Positions 40,756 through 43,571 of a DNA stretch of 43,571 nucleotides are shown here, one piece after another. The notes beneath the pieces were generated by a model that had not been told where the DNA came from, ran no database searches, and was given only the letters and a program-made list of their open reading frames with translations. The stretch's first letter is position 1; the number at the start of each line of letters is the position of its first letter. The stretch is from a virus. The DNA lies in IMG/VR virus record IMGVR_UViG_3300037309_000058; one strand, 5' to 3'. The position numbers were made by a program, and so were the translations under genes.

Positions 40756-41611
40756 TTTCGTCAAGTTTATCAAAGCCCGTGAGCGGCACCGTATCGCCAA
40801 AGAGCGGGGCCGGGCGGTGTTCGGCAGTGGAAAGCGCGGCGAGACGTTTGATCCAATCATCGACGTGTACCGCTTCTGCAACGTCCGCCGCAACGACGAC
40901 CGCGTGACGCGCTGGGTTCACGAGCACTACATGGGCCACTTCGGCTCTTCGCCGTACCTGTGGTTCGCGCTCGTGGTGGCGCGGCTGTTCAACAAGGAAG
41001 ACACGCTCGAGGGCATCCGCCCCCATGTACTGCCCTTTGACGCTAAGAAGATGCGCGCGGCGCTGTACAAGATGCGGCAGACGGGCACCATCTTCAATGG
41101 GGCTTACATCGTCAGCACCAACGGCATGTCCATGGACAAGGTGGACTACGTGATCGACGTGCTGCTTGCTCCGCTATGGAAGCGGCGGGACAAGGTTGCG
41201 GCGGCGCTGGCCAAGTGTGGCTCGCTTGCCGAGGCTCATGTCGTGCTGTCTCAGGAGCGCGGGCTCGCCAGCTTCATGGCTGCGCAAGTGCTGGCTGACT
41301 TGAAGTACGCCGACGACGGGCGTGTCTGGGACGACTTCGCCACCTTTGCGGCAAGCGGCCCCGGCAGCAAACGCGGCCTGAACCGTGTGATGGGTAACGA
41401 CGCTGCAAAGGGCTGGCGTGAAGACGTTTTCCGGGCTACCTTACTGGAGTTGCGGGAAGCTGCCAACGCTGCGCTCGCCCCAGATCTGGAGCCTCTCACA
41501 GCGCAAGATATTCAGAACTGCCTGTGCGAGTTCGACAAGTATGAGCGCGTTCGGCTAGGCGAAGGCAAGCCGAAGCAGAGGTATGTTCCTTTGGAGGAGA
41601 AGAAGCGATGA
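40742..41611 (+). CDS. aGPT-Pplase-like protein (alpha-glutamyl/putrescinyl thymine pyrophosphorylase family; DNA base hypermodification)
   Basis: The motifs are DPIIDVYRFCNVRRNDDRVTRW, FNGAYIV, GLASFMAAQVLADLKY, SGPGSKRGLNR and NCLCEFDKYERV. They match my recollection of this family. No search was run. Confidence 0.55.
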   Translation: MRTADFVKFIKARERHRIAKERGRAVFGSGKRGETFDPIIDVYRFCNVRRNDDRVTRWVHEHYMGHFGSSPYLWFALVVARLFNKEDTLEGIRPHVLPFDAKKMRAALYKMRQTGTIFNGAYIVSTNGMSMDKVDYVIDVLLAPLWKRRDKVAAALAKCGSLAEAHVVLSQERGLASFMAAQVLADLKYADDGRVWDDFATFAASGPGSKRGLNRVMGNDAAKGWREDVFRATLLELREAANAALAPDLEPLTAQDIQNCLCEFDKYERVRLGEGKPKQRYVPLEEKKR

Positions 41612-42708
41612 TGATCAACACTGCGGCCAACGTCAATGATGCGCTAGAGAACGGCCTCCACCTTATGTTGGAGCCTTCCACGCGCGTCCTCGACACGCGC
41701 GGCGGCAAGGTGCTGCGCCACAACGGGCCGGTCGCAACAGTGAGCGCCGACCCGTACAAGCGCGTCCTGTTCAGCCCGATGCGCAACGCCAATCCCTTCT
41801 TCCACTTCATGGAAGCAATCTGGATGTTGGCGGGGCGCAACGACCTGCCTTGGCTGGCGCAGTTCAACAAGCGGATGGCCGAGTACTCCGATGACGGCGG
41901 AAAGACACAGCCCGCCGCCTATGGTCACCGTTGGCGTCGCCACTTCGGATACGATCAGCTCAACGAAGTAATCCAAATGCTCAGGGCTGACCCCAGCACG
42001 CGTCGTGCCGTGCTGGCCATGTGGGACGGGGGTGAGAACGAAACGACCAGCGATTTAGTGCGTGGTAGTATGGGCGGCAAAGACGTCCCCTGCAATACGC
42101 ACGCCTATTTCAGCATCGTTGATGGCAAGCTGGACATGATGGTCTGCTGTCGCTCCAACGATCTATGGTGGGGAGCCCACGGGGCGAACGCAGTCCACTT
42201 CAGCATCCTGCAAGAATACGTCGCCGCCTCTGTCGGTGTAGGTCTCGGCACCATGACGCAGGTCAGCAACGACTATCACCTCTACACCGACGTGGTGCCG
42301 CAAGAACGCATCGCTGAGATTATCAGCGACGTGTCGCGGCATGACTACTACTTTCACGCCAGCGTTCAGCCGACGACGCTGTTCTACGATGAAGAGGAGG
42401 TAGAGGCGTTTGACCGTGCGCTCAACCGCTTCATGCTTTTTGCTGACCCTGTGGCCAACCCGCCGCGCACACCGATGGACCCCGAAGGGCGGCGTGCCGA
42501 AGTCAAGCACCTGCCGATGACAGGCTCGTTCGTCATCGACAAGATGGCGTACCCCATGCTCCGCGCGTGGGACGCGCAGAAGGTCGGCTCCGTCGGGACG
42601 GCTTTAATGTGGTGCGAGCAGATCGGGACCGTCAAAGACTGCGACTGGCGTGTCGCTTGTCAGCAATGGCTCCAGCGAAAGTTCACCGCGAAGGGAATTA
42701 CGGTATGA
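41608..42708 (+). CDS. ThyA-fold enzyme: thymidylate synthase or dUMP hydroxymethylase
   Basis: The motifs are FFHFMEAIWMLAGRNDL, YGHRWR, DPSTRRAVLAMWD, DVPCNTH (the nucleophile Cys), CCRSNDLWWGAHGANAVHFS and NDYHLYTD. The start has an ATGA overlap with the upstream gene. Confidence 0.75.
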   Translation: MMINTAANVNDALENGLHLMLEPSTRVLDTRGGKVLRHNGPVATVSADPYKRVLFSPMRNANPFFHFMEAIWMLAGRNDLPWLAQFNKRMAEYSDDGGKTQPAAYGHRWRRHFGYDQLNEVIQMLRADPSTRRAVLAMWDGGENETTSDLVRGSMGGKDVPCNTHAYFSIVDGKLDMMVCCRSNDLWWGAHGANAVHFSILQEYVAASVGVGLGTMTQVSNDYHLYTDVVPQERIAEIISDVSRHDYYFHASVQPTTLFYDEEEVEAFDRALNRFMLFADPVANPPRTPMDPEGRRAEVKHLPMTGSFVIDKMAYPMLRAWDAQKVGSVGTALMWCEQIGTVKDCDWRVACQQWLQRKFTAKGITV

Positions 42709-43271
42709 TCGAAGAGAAGAAGATGCTGGACGCGCTTGCGCTCATGCGCAAGGCCGCGTACGTCAAGCGGTTCCACACCATGCCGCTGATCGGTGACAAC
42801 ACCGTGGGGCAGCACACCTTCGGAGTCGTTGCGCTGCTCTGCGTTGTCGTGCCCCCTGCCCTGCTGCGCCCGGCGCTGCTACAGGCCGCGCTGCTCCACG
42901 ACGTTCCAGAGGCCGTCGCAGGGGACATACCCAGCCCGACCAAGCGCAGCGCGCCGGGGCTGAAGCAAGCCTGCGACACGTACGAAGCAGCCATACTAAA
43001 AGAGGCGGGTATCATAGATATGAGCGCCTACCTCCTCGCCTACGAGACAGCGTGGCTCACACTTGCTGACTCTCTAGAGGGATGGCTGTTCTGCATTGAG
43101 CAGCTGAAGATGGGCAACCGTCTAATTCTCGAGGCGGCTGAGAACTTCCGCAGCTACGTCTGGGAGAAGTTCGGCGTCATGGAAGCGACCGACGAAGCCT
43201 ACGACGCCTTCAAGAAAATCGTGAAAGGCGCGGAGAACACGCACCGCGCGCTTACGGGAGAGGAAGAATGA
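42705..43271 (+). CDS. HD-domain 5'-deoxynucleotidase (YfbR-like)
   Basis: I used the internal ATG at 42705 (ATGA overlap). It contains RFHTMPLIGDNTVGQHTFGV and LLHDVPEAVAGDIPSPTK. Confidence 0.7.
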   Translation: MIEEKKMLDALALMRKAAYVKRFHTMPLIGDNTVGQHTFGVVALLCVVVPPALLRPALLQAALLHDVPEAVAGDIPSPTKRSAPGLKQACDTYEAAILKEAGIIDMSAYLLAYETAWLTLADSLEGWLFCIEQLKMGNRLILEAAENFRSYVWEKFGVMEATDEAYDAFKKIVKGAENTHRALTGEEE

Positions 43272-43571
43272 CGCGGGCCAACGATATTCAGCACGGGGGC
43301 ACCCACTACAAGAAGCTCGATTACGAGCATTGGGATTGGGTCTGCGATATCGGCCTGCCCTACTTGCTGGGCTGCGCCACGAAGTACACCGCGCGATGGC
43401 GGGACAAGGGCGGGGCGCTCGATCTGGACAAGGCCGTCCACTATTTGCAGAAGGCCGCTGAACGGGAAGTTCAATCCCGTCCAAGCTGGCGGGGCAGGGA
43501 GACGACGGCGTTCCTGCGCCAGCTAGGCACCGACGAGCAGGTCGCTGTTAAGCTGGCACTTTTGGGCGACT
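43268..43571 (+). CDS. DUF3310-like protein, N-terminal part (continues at 1..225 after circular closure)
   Basis: The ATG at 43268 has an ATGA overlap with the HD gene. It contains GGTHYKK...GCATKYTARWRDKGGALDLDKAVHYL. The ORF is still open at the window end. Confidence 0.75.
   Translation, partial: MTRANDIQHGGTHYKKLDYEHWDWVCDIGLPYLLGCATKYTARWRDKGGALDLDKAVHYLQKAAEREVQSRPSWRGRETTAFLRQLGTDEQVAVKLALLGD
43445..43571. repeat. Terminal overlap, right copy (identical to 1..127)
   Basis: Same comparison as the left copy. It is consistent with a circular-assembly overlap or with terminal redundancy. Confidence 0.95.

Larger units (their letters stand above)
1..43571. mobile_element. Complete tailed-phage genome with a P22-type morphogenesis module and a family-A polymerase replication module; apparently virulent
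   Basis: The ends are identical over 127 nt. The minus strand carries a full packaging, head, tail, ejection and lysis gene set. The plus strand carries early, replication and nucleotide-metabolism genes. No integrase or repressor was recognised. Confidence 0.85.

Noticed and set aside
20434-43571. T7-like single-subunit RNA polymerase, which would classify the phage as Autographiviridae-like
   Set aside because: The largest plus-strand proteins are the primase-helicase (677 aa) and the DNA polymerase (635 aa). Both have clear alternative identities, and no RNAP-sized ORF remains.

Overview
The window looks like one complete genome of a high-G+C tailed dsDNA phage. Bases 1-127 are identical to 43445-43571, so the sequence closes on itself with a unit length of 43,444 bp, and one gene (43268..43571 plus 1..225) reads across the junction. 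Two divergent gene blocks leave a visibly AT-rich control region at about 19860-20433. The minus-strand block (19752 down to 163) encodes a TerS-like protein, TerL, portal, scaffold, a P22-type coat, gp4-like and gp10-like tail proteins, further tail proteins, a fibre, three ejection or internal virion proteins, and a lysis cassette. That cassette holds a small holin, a SAR endolysin, separate i- and o-spanins, and one extra tail-anchored membrane protein, and the spanins imply a Gram-negative host. The plus-strand block (20434 onward) starts with about 20 small early genes. It continues with a Toprim/SF3 primase-helicase, a mini-DnaJ, a family-A DNA polymerase, a Cas4-like nuclease, a DnaQ-like exonuclease, VRR-NUC and an SNF2 helicase. 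It ends with a nucleotide and DNA-modification cluster. I found no integrase, repressor, phage RNA polymerase, reverse transcriptase, tRNA or CRISPR array. The strongest candidate for something new is the coupled cluster at 39239-43571 (+1-225). It holds two paralogous GT-A-like transferases, an aGPT-Pplase-like protein, a ThyA-fold enzyme, an HD 5'-nucleotidase and a DUF3310 protein. That is the signature of thymidine hypermodification, but with no recognisable hmU-DNA kinase. Other leads are listed here:
- a 540-nt ORF-free, hairpin-dense GC-rich region (20920-21458) and related GCAA-capped hairpins
- an array of (G/A)TTAACC motifs in the divergent control region
- three early proteins that share a C-terminal HTH-like module, two of them with histone-H1-like tracts
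- an AAA+ (MoxR/CbbQ-type) operon
- a J-domain protein next to the SF3 helicase
All functional calls come from motifs read by eye and remembered family signatures. No searches were run.
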